Below are positions 13,913 to 28,591 of a stretch of DNA of 64,000 bases, piece by piece. Source of the DNA: Chrysomallon squamiferum. Lineage: Eukaryota > Animalia > Mollusca. Each line of letters opens with the position of its first letter. Position 1 is the stretch's first letter. Both the position numbers and the translations under genes were made by a program. Location: NCBI GenBank assembly GCA_012295275.1, contig CM022679.1:28644001-28708000 (forward strand), written 5' to 3'. The notes below the pieces were generated by a model. That model was not told the origin of the DNA. It searched no databases and saw only the letters and a list, made by a program, of their open reading frames with translations.

Positions 13913-14956
13913 ATTGATGTAATAATTAAATCAGCAGATTTCGAGTTGGACTAAGATTTGTGGAAAGGGTTTCACATTAAAAACTTCTGAAATCGTAATT
14001 GTTTTTAAAACTCACACATTTCTGGTAAATCAAGCGGCTCTCGATTCAAAACCTGACCTGTTTAGTTCAGCAAGTCGACAAAACAGTCTGTGTAGAGTAT
14101 GTGTACAGTAACCTCATTTTGTTTATACAAAACACTTATTAGCCTCGACATTCCTCGACGTAATTTTCAACCCTATCTTTGTAATTACTTAATTTGGTTT
14201 CATGTATCTCCGGCTGACATACGTATTACGAATGTGACAAAGCAATCTATTTTTCTTTCTTCTTGTTCTTCTTTTCTTTTCAAATATTACAGTAACTTAA
14301 AAAAAAAATGTCATTTTACAAACGAACTCCGCCAGTTCAACATATCACTGCGGATTTTACTATATTCGTCAACACAGACCCCCCCCTTTAAAACCCTGGC
14401 ACTGCCACTGAAAATTACACAATCACTACAGCCACTATTACTGCATATTATTACTGTTACAGTTACAATACTACTATTGATACTACTACCAGTACAAGTA
14501 CTGTTAATACTACTGCTACTACGATCACTATACTTCTACTACTGCTGCTACTACTACGTCTACGAACACTACTACATGCTCATTGAAACACTGAAGCTTT
14601 GACACGCGGTTTCCTGCAGCTGGAGGTAAAATAGGTAAGATATAACTCTAAATCTAATTTTGCAGGTCAAACTAGTAGACGATAAAGCATGATCTCGACC
14701 CATAGCCGGATTAGGGATTAACGCCTTCAGCTATAATCTGGTAAATCTAAGTCTAAATGATTTCCTCTGCTTTGATCCAGTAAGGCAGATATTATTACTA
14801 ACTAACGTCCCTGTATGTGTATTTTCAATTTAAAAAAAAAAAAAAAAATTATCTTTGTTATCTAATCAATATTTTATGTATAATTCCATATTCATACTGA
14901 AATAAAAAATAAATGTAAATAAAATACCTGTGAATTAAATATACAGAAATCAAAAA

Positions 14957-14989
<33 letters not shown>

Positions 14990-15158
14990 GCAAAACAGAA
15001 GAAGAGAATAACAAATAAATTGTTTTTCAAAAAGTTCCCAGAACAACAACAACAATAATAATAATAATAACATCTGGAGAGAAAACGAACGTGTGCGGTG
15101 ATACGCCATATGTTAGCTTGTTTTTACTCAGAATTAATTATGTAGGACACTTTAAATG

Positions 15159-15189
<31 letters not shown>

Positions 15190-18100
15190 TTTGTTTATTT
15201 ATTTATTTATTCGTTTATTCATTCATTTATTTGTTTGTTTGTTTGTTTATTTATTTATTTCAGTAATGAATTCAGCTATTTTAAACATAAAGTATTTTTT
15301 TTCTTTGTTCATTTATTTGCTTGTTTATTTATTTGTTTATTTATTTTTTTTGTAACTTAGTTATTACTATTATTTTTTAACTTAGTTATTTACTATTTAT
15401 TTTTAGATTAATTATTTTATTTTTAATTTATTTAATTTTTATATATTTATTTTATTATTTTTAATTAATTAGATTATAATGGTAGTTATTTTTTAATTAT
15501 TTGATTATTTAATTTTTTAATTTTTTATTATTATTATTATTAGTAGTATTATTATTATTATTATTATTTTAAGAAATAGAACACGATTATAATGGTAAAA
15601 TCACAAACTTAATAAAAATAGAAATATCTTTCTAAAAATTATCATAATTTACAGACGTATTCATCTATATCTGCAGACAGAGAGGCACGTGTTGATATAG
15701 AAACCAGAGAACGGCTGTCACGTTAGAATTCATCATCTCGTTACATCAGTCTGGCGTCCTTCACTACGTATACTACTCTCACTACAGCTCACTACTGCTA
15801 TAGTACTAGTACTACTACTACTACTACTACTCTTACCACAATCATTACCATCAGAACGTATATTACTACTGCTGCTACTAATAATATTACAACAACTACT
15901 ACTCCACTATAACTATTACAACAGCTACTAGTAGTATTACAATAACTACTACTGTATCATTTCCACTGCTATTACAGCTACTAGATACTATTATTATAGA
16001 TGTATGTAGTAGTAGTAGTAGTAGTTGTAATGGTGGTGGTGGTGGAAACTACAATAGTAAGAGTTGTAATTCTAGTAGTAACAGAAACACAAACAGTAAA
16101 TAGAGGAAGAGATGTGAAGTTTTTATAGTAACTCTCTATTTCGTCCTTGTATTTGCCACATAAAATAACTAACAAGTAAATCGTCTGAGCATAGCATAAT
16201 TATTTCCTCGTGCAGCTAGTTCACTTTATTTAAAATTAAAATCACTGATATTTGACCTGATACCTGTCTTACGCATTAAAAAAAAATGTGAGCAGTATTC
16301 AGAGAATGCGGTAATCGACATCATTACTGTATCGGTAAAAAGAGATGAAAAAATTTAAATAAAATACATTCCAAATTCGTTTATGATTTCGTTGAATAGT
16401 TTCAATGGATCTTAATCCAATTAAAAGACAACTAAATAAATATAAAAATATATATAAAAAATAAATTAAAAATAAAATAAATAAATAAATAAATTATAAA
16501 CATTTTTTATAAAAAAATAAAAAAATAAAAATAAAAAAAATAAAAATAAATTTGATAAATAAATAAATAAACTTTAAAAAAAAAAGAAGAAGAGTGCCAG
16601 ATATTCAAGCAGTGTACTCACGTAATTTCAAACGTGCCTGTTTTCTGTCAGCTTGTAACTGAGTACTGTTACTGGCGCAGTGTTCTGTCAGCTTGTAACT
16701 GAGTATTGTTACAGTGCTCGAGGGAAGTCAGCTGTTGTGAAAATAAAACTGACGTCTTGGATATGGCCGAGTTATGACCACGCTAAACGGGACTGAAACG
16801 ATAAATAGAATTCTCTGCTCGAGGTAACCGCAGCGAGAAAGAACTGCAGAGACTTTATTCTGTGTACAATACAATTATGTGAGTTGCCGCCGAGATCCAG
16901 TCACAGCGATATTCACGTCTGCCGTGAACTTTGATAAAGGCTGGGAAGTCCTGTTTAGCAAGCGTGGTGTTTAATTGTTTGATATGTTTACCCGCTAGTT
17001 CTTACCCACCGGCGGACCCACGCCAGGGTCTTAGGGGTTACAAAATAACCCACCCCCACCCTATCCCAACTCTCTATTCACTGACGGGAATTTTTTTTTT
17101 TTTTTTTTTTTTATTAGCATGGAACTTGTTATAAAGCAAAGCTATAATTAAATGGTACAATACAGTGTACTGAACTTCGTGTACATAAGCGATAAACCGT
17201 AAAATTATGTTGTTTATTTATTTATTTATTTATTTATTTTTTTAACGTATTCCCGAACACAAACAAGTCTTCTTAGGAGCATTAAAATAAACATCACCCG
17301 CCCCGAAACAACCCCCCCCCCAAATTCTGTTGGCCTGTACGTTTAAATGTAATTTAAAACACATAATCATAAAATGTAGCTGAATTTAGCAATATTTATT
17401 TTTGTTAATTACCCCGAAGATCGCGTTAAGCAGAGTGATTCGGGCATGGTTAACAGTAAATAATCTGTTTTGTAAGTGAAAATGTCAGCCAAGTTTAACT
17501 GAACTGCAAATTTTGTGCTATATTATTTAAACGAGATGCACACGGGTACAGATAATACGTATAATATATTTTCAACATTCTCCGCTGTACGAATGATCAA
17601 TATTAAAGCAACGATTAGGTTTTGCTAAATACTGAAATAAATTAAGAAACTGAAAGTATGAATCGTTGTGAACAAAGGTTTAGATTCACGCTTCATTGCA
17701 CCGACTGTCAGCAGGCATGTGGGAACTGATCTGCGACATGGAAACCACGTGTTATTAAGAGTCGAGTCTCAACACGTTTGCTTCATCTGAATGTGTGTGT
17801 ATTGTATTCTAGCACGTTTTTTTTTTTTTGTGCGACAGCTGGGAAGTGATTTAAAAACAATCTTGTTTTCCTTTGAATACAAGCAAGTGTTTTATTCGTG
17901 GTATCAGTTTATGAAGAATACAGATTTCCTCTGTTCTGTTAGAATTCAGACAAAACGCACAAACACGCATGCACAAAAAAAAATCATATATACGTATGTG
18001 TACATACTGGTGTAATGAAGACGACAGTGTACTCGGACAGACAGACAGACAGACTAAAACTGTCTAGATCGACTCCTGCAGATCCCGGGCAGTCTGCGAG

Positions 18101-18430
18101 TGTGTGAGAGGGGAACAGCGCCTGTCTGTCTATCTGTGTGTGTGTGTATGTAATGTATTTTATACGCGGTTAGAAAACAAGCCCGTCGCTGTTAAACGGT
18201 GTCTGATTTTACACACAAACATCGCGTGATCAGCGCTCAGTTATCTGAGCAATTCATAAACCAGCGTGCACTTTGTAAACACGTCTCTGTACCAGCTGGA
18301 ATGGGAAATTTAACTTAGTAAATTAACTAATAAACAGTAAAGTGAGTGTTAGTTATAAAACACTGTCATAAAGTTCTACTTTTAAATACTCTTTGTTCTA
18401 TTTTATTTTATTCATTTTTCTCTTCTTCTT

Positions 18431-18513
<83 letters not shown>

Positions 18514-19579
18514 TACTACTACTACTTTACTCTCACTGTGAACATTACAAACATATACAAATATGCGTAAGTGGGTTTATAGTACGTTAATTTATTATGG
18601 CTGTCTTTTCAGCTGTGACTGAACAGTATGAAACGACTAACACATTTCTAGATATCGCAGTTTTGGGTGTGTGGAGAAACTCGCTCTTTACGATAGGACA
18701 GAATTAGGAAACGCCACAGATAATGACGTGATGGTATTTAGCGGTTCACGCTGCGGTCATAACCCCATTTTCTTATTTTTTTATTTATTTATTCTTTTAT
18801 ACCAGCAGTGAAGTAATGAAGGACGTACGTGGTAAAGGGCACCAATTCACGTGGAAATGTAAACATATGTTAATACCTCCTGCTAGACGTTTGTAAACAC
18901 TGTGACGTAATATTTAAGTTTGTATTAGTAGATATACTACGGAGAAATATTATCTCAGAGGTTAGATAAAAGTAATGTATGACACACAATGACCTAGTGT
19001 TTAAGTTCGTATGTATGTATGTATGTACTTAGCCAATCTTAGGTAGGAATATTATCTTAAGTACACCTGATTAGACTGTGTGCACAGAGAATATTCGAGA
19101 ATTCAAAACTTGGGTCATTCATTATTTCTTTGGATTTGATATGAACAATGATACATTGTAGAATTATATGTATATGTATGTATGTATGTGTGTGTGTGTG
19201 TGTGTGTCTGTGTATGTATGTATGTATGTATAGTGCGTACATATGTTTGTCTTTGAGTTTGTGTATGTATTATTAATATTATCTGTGGATAGTTAAATAA
19301 AAATATCATATGATGTAGTGTTTAAGTTTGTATATATAAATATTCATTATAAAAAGTAAAATAATATATATACATATATTCATTATAAAAAGTAAAATTA
19401 TATATTGTGTGTGTGTGTGTGTGTGTGTCAAAATGAAGATTTTTAAAATACTGATAATGTTATCATCACACACAATTTAGACTAAGTGGGTTTTACAGTT
19501 GACAAATTCTTAGTCTTTTCTTAGAAATCAGGTTCGGACATACAAATATTATTTCTGTACTAAAACTGAATGTATAGAA

Positions 19580-20352
<773 letters not shown>

Positions 20353-21162
20353 ACGTGATCACTCGTTACGACGTGACTGACGTGTACCTAACTAATAAAT
20401 CACACACAACACTTCCTACATCATCTTCACAGAACTATTTTCTTTTTTACTTTTTTTTTTTTTTTTTTTTTGTTAAAGTATTTTCACTTAATATTACCTT
20501 ACTCTTTCTCATTATTATTTTTGTTTTGCTTTTTTGGTTGTTTAAATTTTTTCTTCTTCTTATTATTATTATTTTTTTTTCATTATTATTATTTTTTTTC
20601 ATTATTGTGAGTTTTATTCAGTTAGAAAGAAGTGTTTACATAGTTCTTTTGTTCAGAACACTAATTAGAGAGAAAAACTATCATCTGAGCCAGCTACTCA
20701 TTATACACCAATCTACATTTATTTGTAATACAAAAAAAACACAGACACCCATACACACACACACTCACACAAACACACACAGACACACAAGGAGAAAACA
20801 ATGTATGATTTTCTGCTCTAGTTACAATAAATCATTGCTCTACTTACAAGTGGAATCAAGCGAACTTGACGGTTCCGTTTTTCACTTGTGCACAAACCGC
20901 AGCGACACTGTTGTAAATCACACCAGCTGATTTCTTTTTTAATCTCTTCACCAGTTCATTTAGTGCATAATTATGTTCTATGTTAGGTACAAACTTGCTT
21001 CACCAAATACTTATTCATTTCATATATACTGTGAGTCATGATTTATATCACTAAATATTTATACAGATTTTTTAATTTACGGTGCGACATAAGTTGTGAC
21101 AATAAATGTATATATTTTTTTTTATTTGCATAAATCCTTCCCTCTAAATACGTATGTACGTA

Positions 21163-21211
<49 letters not shown>

Positions 21212-21751
21212 CCACACACACACACACACACAACCACACACACACAAATCACACACACACAACACTCACACAACACACACACACATATATATAATGTGAA
21301 TAATTGAACAAATAAAAATAAAGTCCATTGAATATAAAAGTAAAACTAAAGGGATGAAATAAAATAATAAAATAAAATAAAATAAAATAAAATAAAATAA
21401 AATAAAATAAAATAAATACTACTTTCTAAAACGACGACAATGGTAGAAATTCGGAAGAGGGCGCTTATGAAATATTTGGGTTCCAGTTTCTGTTATAGCA
21501 GATTTGTTAACATTGCAAGACAGTGAAATGTGGCACAAGTGACAAAAAAACAGAATTAATGTGACACTCGTTTTGCGACGGAAACTAAAGTGGGTGAGAA
21601 CAGGTAAGTGATTTTTCACATCGTCGTACACGTCATCGTGTCCTTGTTATTTGTACTTTTATTACTACAGCTACTTCTACAACAACCGTAACTTCAACAA
21701 CAAAACCAACAACAGCAGTAACAGCTGCTATTACTACTACTGTTATTCCTT

Positions 21752-21805
<54 letters not shown>

Positions 21806-22502
21806 TTCATTTCATTCATTCATACTACACACACACATACATATAAATTACGTGTGTTTATGTATGTATGTATGTATGTATGTATGTATGAATATATGTA
21901 TATATACATACATACATAAACACACACACACACACATGCACACATACACACATACGCACTGCTGTTGTGGTTGTGATACTTGACATATGATAACGTAACT
22001 AGGACATCCTGGATGATATGACGGAAAATGACAACGACGAGGAAAAAGATGAATAAATGATGTTACTAAAAACAGATAAAGCGACGAAAACAAGGGGGAA
22101 GTGAGATTAAAAGTAACTGTGTCACAACCGGAAGTTAAGTTAAATTGTAATGAAATTATAAGATAATGAAAAGAAATAAAAGGAAGCGAAACATAAAAAA
22201 TAAAAAAATAAAAGAGTAAATACAAAATAAATAAATAGTACAAGAACAGCAACAACAATAACAAAAATAACAGCAGCAGCAGCAACAACAACAACAACAT
22301 CACAATAATATATAAAACGTAAAATTGGTTGTATCATTGACAATAATGGCTGTAATAAATGTGTTTGCATATTTAATCTGTTATGACGTCATAAACTGTA
22401 CCATACAGCTACGTATCAATGTTTGTGTCGTTCATTTTCTTCTGTCACTTTCGCGTAATTTGTTTATTTACTTGTTTGTTTATTTCTTATTTAATCTATT
22501 AA

Positions 22503-22537
<35 letters not shown>

Positions 22538-22704
22538 TTTTTTTTTTTTTTTTTTTTTTTGATTGTATAGATGTTATTGGGTTTGTTTGTCTCAACAACG
22601 TAAGAACTGCCAAGATTTGCACAGACACACACATACGTACAGACACACACACACAAACACAAACACGCACAGACACACACACACTCACACACACAGACAC
22701 ACAA

Positions 22705-22735
<31 letters not shown>

Positions 22736-23157
22736 AACACACACACACTCTTATACTTAGCTAGATAGACATAATGACAGAGAGATGGTTTGATATACAA
22801 ACATATACATAAATGTAAATAAGTAAACAAGTAAAAAAAAAAAACCAAGTGAAACAACTGCAAATCACATAAACACACACACATACCCACACATATATGC
22901 ACACATACACATATATACACACACACACACCTACACATATATACAGACATACATACACAAACACCTACATATATATACAAACATACATACATACGCACAC
23001 ACATACACCCATACACTTATATATACATACATACACTTATACATACAGACATACACACATAAACACACACTTGTATATACATATACACCTACACAATCAT
23101 ATATACACATACTCACATATATACGCACACCTACATACTGATACATACATACAACAT

Positions 23158-23197
<40 letters not shown>

Positions 23198-23474
23198 TTA
23201 CATACTTATATAAACACTTAAACACATAAACATACATAAAACATTCACATAGACGTGTATATATATATACACACACACACACATATATATATATATACAC
23301 ATACATATACATACCGATACACATTCATACAAAGGCACACACAAACACATACATAAGCACGCACATACGCACACACTGAGCAACAGAATGAATCTTGTAA
23401 TTCTCTGTAACATCTAAGTTTTCAGTATCCGTGGCTTTGTGTGACAGCACCCATCAGTAGACTGTCGAGCCTCG

Positions 23475-23757
23475 ATCTCACTCATCTCACGCATCTCACT
23501 CATCTCACTCATCTCACTGGTCTCACTGGTCTCACTGGTCTCACTGGTCTCACTGATCTCACTGATCTCACTGATCTCACTGATTTCACTGATCTCACTG
23601 ATCTCACTGATTTCACTGATCTCACTGATCTCACTGATCTCACTGACCTCACTGACCTCACTGATCTCACTGATCTCACTGATTTCACTGATCTCACTGA
23701 TCTCACTGATCTCACTGACCTCACTGATCTCACTGATCTCACTGATTTCACTGATCT
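23475..23757. repeat. 9-bp tandem repeat (ctcactgat)n, about 30 copies
   Basis: Directly visible; produces TDL/SEI/SVR repeat ORFs. Confidence 0.93.
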
Positions 23758-24709
23758 CGGATTTGAACTTACCGCCATTGTTCAGTTGAAACTTTACCTC
23801 TGAGTACTCACTGAGTTTCACTACACGATCACCCTAACCTTCTCCCCCACCCAGTTTCCATCAAAGTGAGAGTAAACTGACAATTAGCCAACCTAACAAA
23901 CTCCACCAAACACTGCGTGTCGTTTGTTCACAGTGTTTTCATGTCTGTCTGCTGTTCTTACTTTATTATGTTACTACAGCTCTTATAAGGTTTAATACAT
24001 CGGTAAGTTTTGGATTCATGTTCGTTTTCGCGATTTCCTAGGCTTTTTTTTTTTTGTGTGTGTGTTTTCCGGACGGATGCACTCCAGAGTCAATTAAGAA
24101 TTTCGTTATCCAATAAAAGTAGAATAATAATAACAACAACAAAAAACAACAATAATTGTTTTAACAAAACCCAACAAACAAACAAACAAACAAAACCAAA
24201 CAACTAGAACCATAAACCGCACGAAAATGTGATATTTAAGGTAGCTATGCATTGAAAACATTGATATTCTAATGTTATACATTCCAATCGTTACGAACGC
24301 AACAGGATTATCTGCACTAAAAACATATCAAATATTTAATTATACTAAAAAATACACGAGGTAACTCTGATATGTGTAAATAAAAACTGACATCTACAGC
24401 TGTTAACTGACACACAGAAAGATAAACCTGAAATAATTGTAAGACTCCGTAGAGAAATATTACAAAAAGACTGGGTATACTTAGCTCTTTGTCGCGCTTT
24501 AACTTGGAGTTGTCTCCCTTCACCTAGGACCACGTCTACAAACTGAATAGTGACGACTTCATATTGTTTTCTAGATGTTTACTTACGTAGCTACTTACGT
24601 TAAGTAAGTTAGAATACACGTAAGTAAATAAGTAAAAAACCCCACCCCAAAACAAGTAACAAACAAACAAACAAATAAATAAATAAATAAATAACTAGAA
24701 TATAAGTAA

Positions 24710-24756
<47 letters not shown>

Positions 24757-26026
24757 ATGTCCGTTTTCTTTTCCATTAATTACAAGCATTTATAATTTTA
24801 GTATTTGTCTTCTAATTATTGCTATTTTTGTTACTGTTATTATTACTGCAATTTTTGTTGTTATTGATGTTGCTGTTATATCTGTTATTTATGATTGCAC
24901 AATTTTCTTGTAACGTTAGCAGTGCAAAATAATATTAATACAAAAAATAAACTAAAAAAAAACAACGTCTCAAAAATATAACATTTTATTTAAATAACTT
25001 ATTAATTTCACAAATGATCTCCTTTTGTTATGTTACATAATTTCACAGACGGATTAATGTATTAATTAATCCAAATCATCTACATTAATCATTATATTTC
25101 ATCAATCAAATAATCCTCAACATATGTATTTATCATTATATTTCATCGAATCACAGCATCACAACGTACTTATTATACACGTACCTGATTTTTCTAGTCA
25201 AAGAAAGAAAACAAAAAAAAGCTTATTCAGAGATCGTCGTTTTATTTGCACAAGTGACCGCACCAAACCTTTATAGCTGAATATAATGCGCATAATCAAA
25301 CCTTTATTTTCATTTCATCTTTCTACTTCATTCGCAGGTACATTTTATACCATTTTAGTATGTGTGTGTGTGCGTGTGTGTGCGTGTGTGTGTCTGTTTG
25401 TATATATTAGAAAAGACGCTAGCATACCGCACGCTTTATAGAGACAGTTCAATAATTATAATATTCACTAACTGTAACATTGTGTGCGTGTGTGAGTGAA
25501 ACAAGTAGTTTATGCAAATCTTTCTCTAACCTATCATTTCTATGTACCGTTACTACTGTTTTACGTCACTGAATTAATTTCTACAACGATTTGAAAGACT
25601 CCAATTGAATGACTTTATGATAAACAGATTAATAATAATAATAATAGTAACAATAAGTAATAATAATATATCAATAACCGTAATTATAACAATAACAGTA
25701 AGAGATCAAGATGAAGAAAAGATCAAAATAATCAACTGTTAGGATTAAATATTGTAATTTTTGTCAGTTTTGTCAAAATGAAGTTAATCAAATTTGATTA
25801 TGTAAAACAAAGAATCATGTTTCAGTAATAAACCCGTTACAGTAAGCATGTATTCATATACTCTGTACAGACGTGTTTTACAAATGTTTTAGCGAAGGAC
25901 ACGAACTGCACTGATTTAGATTTATTTTCACCTGTGATAGCCAGGATTATAGTTAAATATACACTGAGTAAATATATATATATATTGTAGAAATAAATGT
26001 CTATCTCTCTCACACGCACGCACACA

Positions 26027-26057
<31 letters not shown>

Positions 26058-26164
26058 GTACACACACACACACACACAGTAACATTTCAGACACATTTCT
26101 TTTTCTAAGTTTCCACACTGATATATATTTTCATATGCTGCTTATTAATTCCCAAACTTATAAT

Positions 26165-26213
<49 letters not shown>

Positions 26214-26528
26214 TCTGTACAACCAGTCACAGTACATAAGATACGCACTCAGTCTGATTACGAATATTTATATTACATCTGTGTAAAATGTTCAAACCTG
26301 ACATCTTGCTCTCAAAGTTTCACAGATTAGAATGACATGACGTTAGACGTGACCCAACCAACATACAAAATTAGTGTTTTAAAATCACGTTTTCTTCAAA
26401 GATAATTTTCGCGCAAAAAAGAGACTATTTAATAATATCAAATAGTTGAATGCCGTAGACCAGCTCAAAGCTACTTGAGAAATGACCTATCAAAATATAC
26501 TGTAAAGACTGAGTCTGCAAGATAGCGC

Positions 26529-26589
<61 letters not shown>

Positions 26590-26625
26590 GTAATAATAAT
26601 AATAATAATAATAATAGTAATAATA

Positions 26626-26664
<39 letters not shown>

Positions 26665-26769
26665 CAAACATTCTATGATTGATTTATCTGTGTTGGTATA
26701 CTTCAACAGCTACAAAAACAAAAAGATCAAGAAATAAACAAAAATTATTTAGAGATTTCTTTGAAAACG

Positions 26770-27073
26770 TGACTATTATTGGTTTAAGTATTGTAATTAT
26801 TTAAATAAATAATAATATCTTCCATTTCCTTCAGTTTGTTTACTTTTTTCATTTGTCTTTCATTTGTTTAGACATGGTTAGTACTCGTAAAACACGTCAA
26901 TCATTTGTTTAGTCATAGATTCATAAAAACACGTCATACTTTAGTTTAGTCGTGGTTAATATTCATATAAACATGTCAGTCACTGGTTTAGGCATGGTTA
27001 ATATTCATAAAATTATATCTAACATTGGCTTTGGCATTGCTAGTATTAAAAAACCAAAACAAACAAACAAACA

Positions 27074-27140
<67 letters not shown>

Positions 27141-27378
27141 CAAAAACAACAACAGCAAAAAAACAAAAAAAAAAAAAAAAAAAAAAGAAAACAAGTCTTT
27201 CATTGGTTTGATCGTAGCTATCATTCATTAAAATGTGTCAATCACTGGAATAGGCTGGTTAATATTTGTAAAATGTTGGGTATCATTGGTTTAGAATTGG
27301 TTAATATTCATAAAAGAAAGGAGGCTTGGCTAGGATTCATAAAAACGTGTCAGTCATTGGTTTAGGCGTGGTTAATAT
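26770..27378. repeat. Degenerate ~42-bp tandem repeat derived from the last codons of the USH1G-like CDS
   Basis: Variants of gtcagtcattggtttaggcgtggttaatattcataaaaac recur from 27340 down to about 26770, interrupted by (AAT)n. Confidence 0.75.
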
Positions 27379-28591
27379 GTCTTTTCTCCTGCCAATCATT
27401 TCAGTGAGCTTTTTTCGCGGACCAAATGGAATTCCGATTTCTTTGAGTTCGCTGTCTGTGAGTTTCATCAGCAGCTCCAGGTTCACTTTCTCTTTGGTGA
27501 AATACGGAATGTACGCCGACAGTCCCAGTGACACTAAAAACATTTCCAGCGCTGAAAATTCACTGTCGTCGTCGTCGTCGTCGTCGAGGTTTTCCACCTC
27601 TTCTGGATCCCACGGCAACTCCTTCATCTTGTCTGCAACGTCGTTACTCCCCATTCCAACCCAGTCGTTCATTTCCGTCGTCCGAACTGGCGTCTCCGGA
27701 GACGCCGTTAGTAAGATCGTTAATTTCCGTATTCTCGTCCTCGAACGAATGCAGCGTGTTAACGAACGGGTTCGTTCGAAGAAACGCGGTCTGGCCAAAG
27801 CCCGGTCTATAAAACACACTTCCCTTTTCTTCCTCGTCGCTATGGTAACTGTCCACGCCGGAATCAAACAAAATGTCCGACTCGCTTTTAGCTTTGACCA
27901 GATTCGACTTGGGTCCGTTCGGGAACACGTCGAATATCGTCCGAGACGAATTCTCGCCCGACATTGCGACGACGTCACCGTTCGTACGAGAGTATATGAC
28001 GTCAGACGAGGAACCGGGCAGACCGCTGAGACTTTTGTTTCCGATATTGTACGAATCGTCCATTATTTTTTCTGATAAATCTTCCTGGCCGCACCGGACG
28101 TGGAAAATCCCGCCATTTCTGAATATTTCTTCGACGTGTGGAAGCGATTCGCGTTCGGTCTCCCGTTCATCGGGGCTCCTTTTATCTTCAGAGTCAGAGT
28201 TTTGATGAACGACATCTTGCCCGGCGGTCTGAACTCGGGGTCCACCGCACGTAACTTCCGGTCTTCTTTGGCTGCGCGCTTCGCCGCTTCTTCCTGCAGA
28301 CGCTCGTAACGTTTCTGGTTCCGCTCGCAGATTCTCTGCGCCTCCTCGCGCAGTTTCATGACGAGTTTGGGGTTTTTCTGCTGCTGCTGAATGCGAGCCG
28401 CGTCGAGGAATTTCATGATGTCCACTCGGTTGTTGAGACTCGCTATGTCCAGAGCCGTGTGCTCGTCGTTGTCCAAGGCGTACAGGTTGCAGCCCCAGTT
28501 GACGAGGTAGCTGACGATGTCCATGTGGCCTTTTGCCGTGGCGAGGTGGAGGCACGTATTGCCAAGGTAGTCGCTTTTGTTGACGTCCCCA
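27337..28591 (-). CDS. USH1G: USH1G/SANS-ANKS4B-like scaffold, large exon (ankyrin repeats 2-3, central domain, SAM, C-terminal PDZ-binding motif); two apparent frameshifts
   Basis: Acceptor tctttcag|T GGG GAC. GDVNKSDYLGNTCLHLA..LDNDEHTALDIA..KNPKLV is in frame A. KSLSGL..SDVIY and SVFYRPGFGQTAF are in frame B. ELPWD..LEMFLVSL..EKVNLELLM..IPFGPRKKL..DTFL* is back in frame A. All blocks match the SANS/ANKS4B architecture. Confidence 0.93.

Noticed and set aside
14340-14410. MITE terminus (aaccctggcactgccactg; similar C-rich segments near 4820 and 17000)
   Set aside because: No matching partner TIR or target-site duplication could be identified.
28060-28072. Euplotes-type AAA-TAA +1 programmed frameshift
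   Set aside because: The conserved downstream frame is -1, not +1; there is no canonical X XXY YYZ heptamer or clear downstream structure; a homopolymer error is simpler.
27326-28309. Plus-strand ORFs of 69-249 aa
   Set aside because: Antisense shadows of the GC-rich USH1G-like exon with no recognisable domains.
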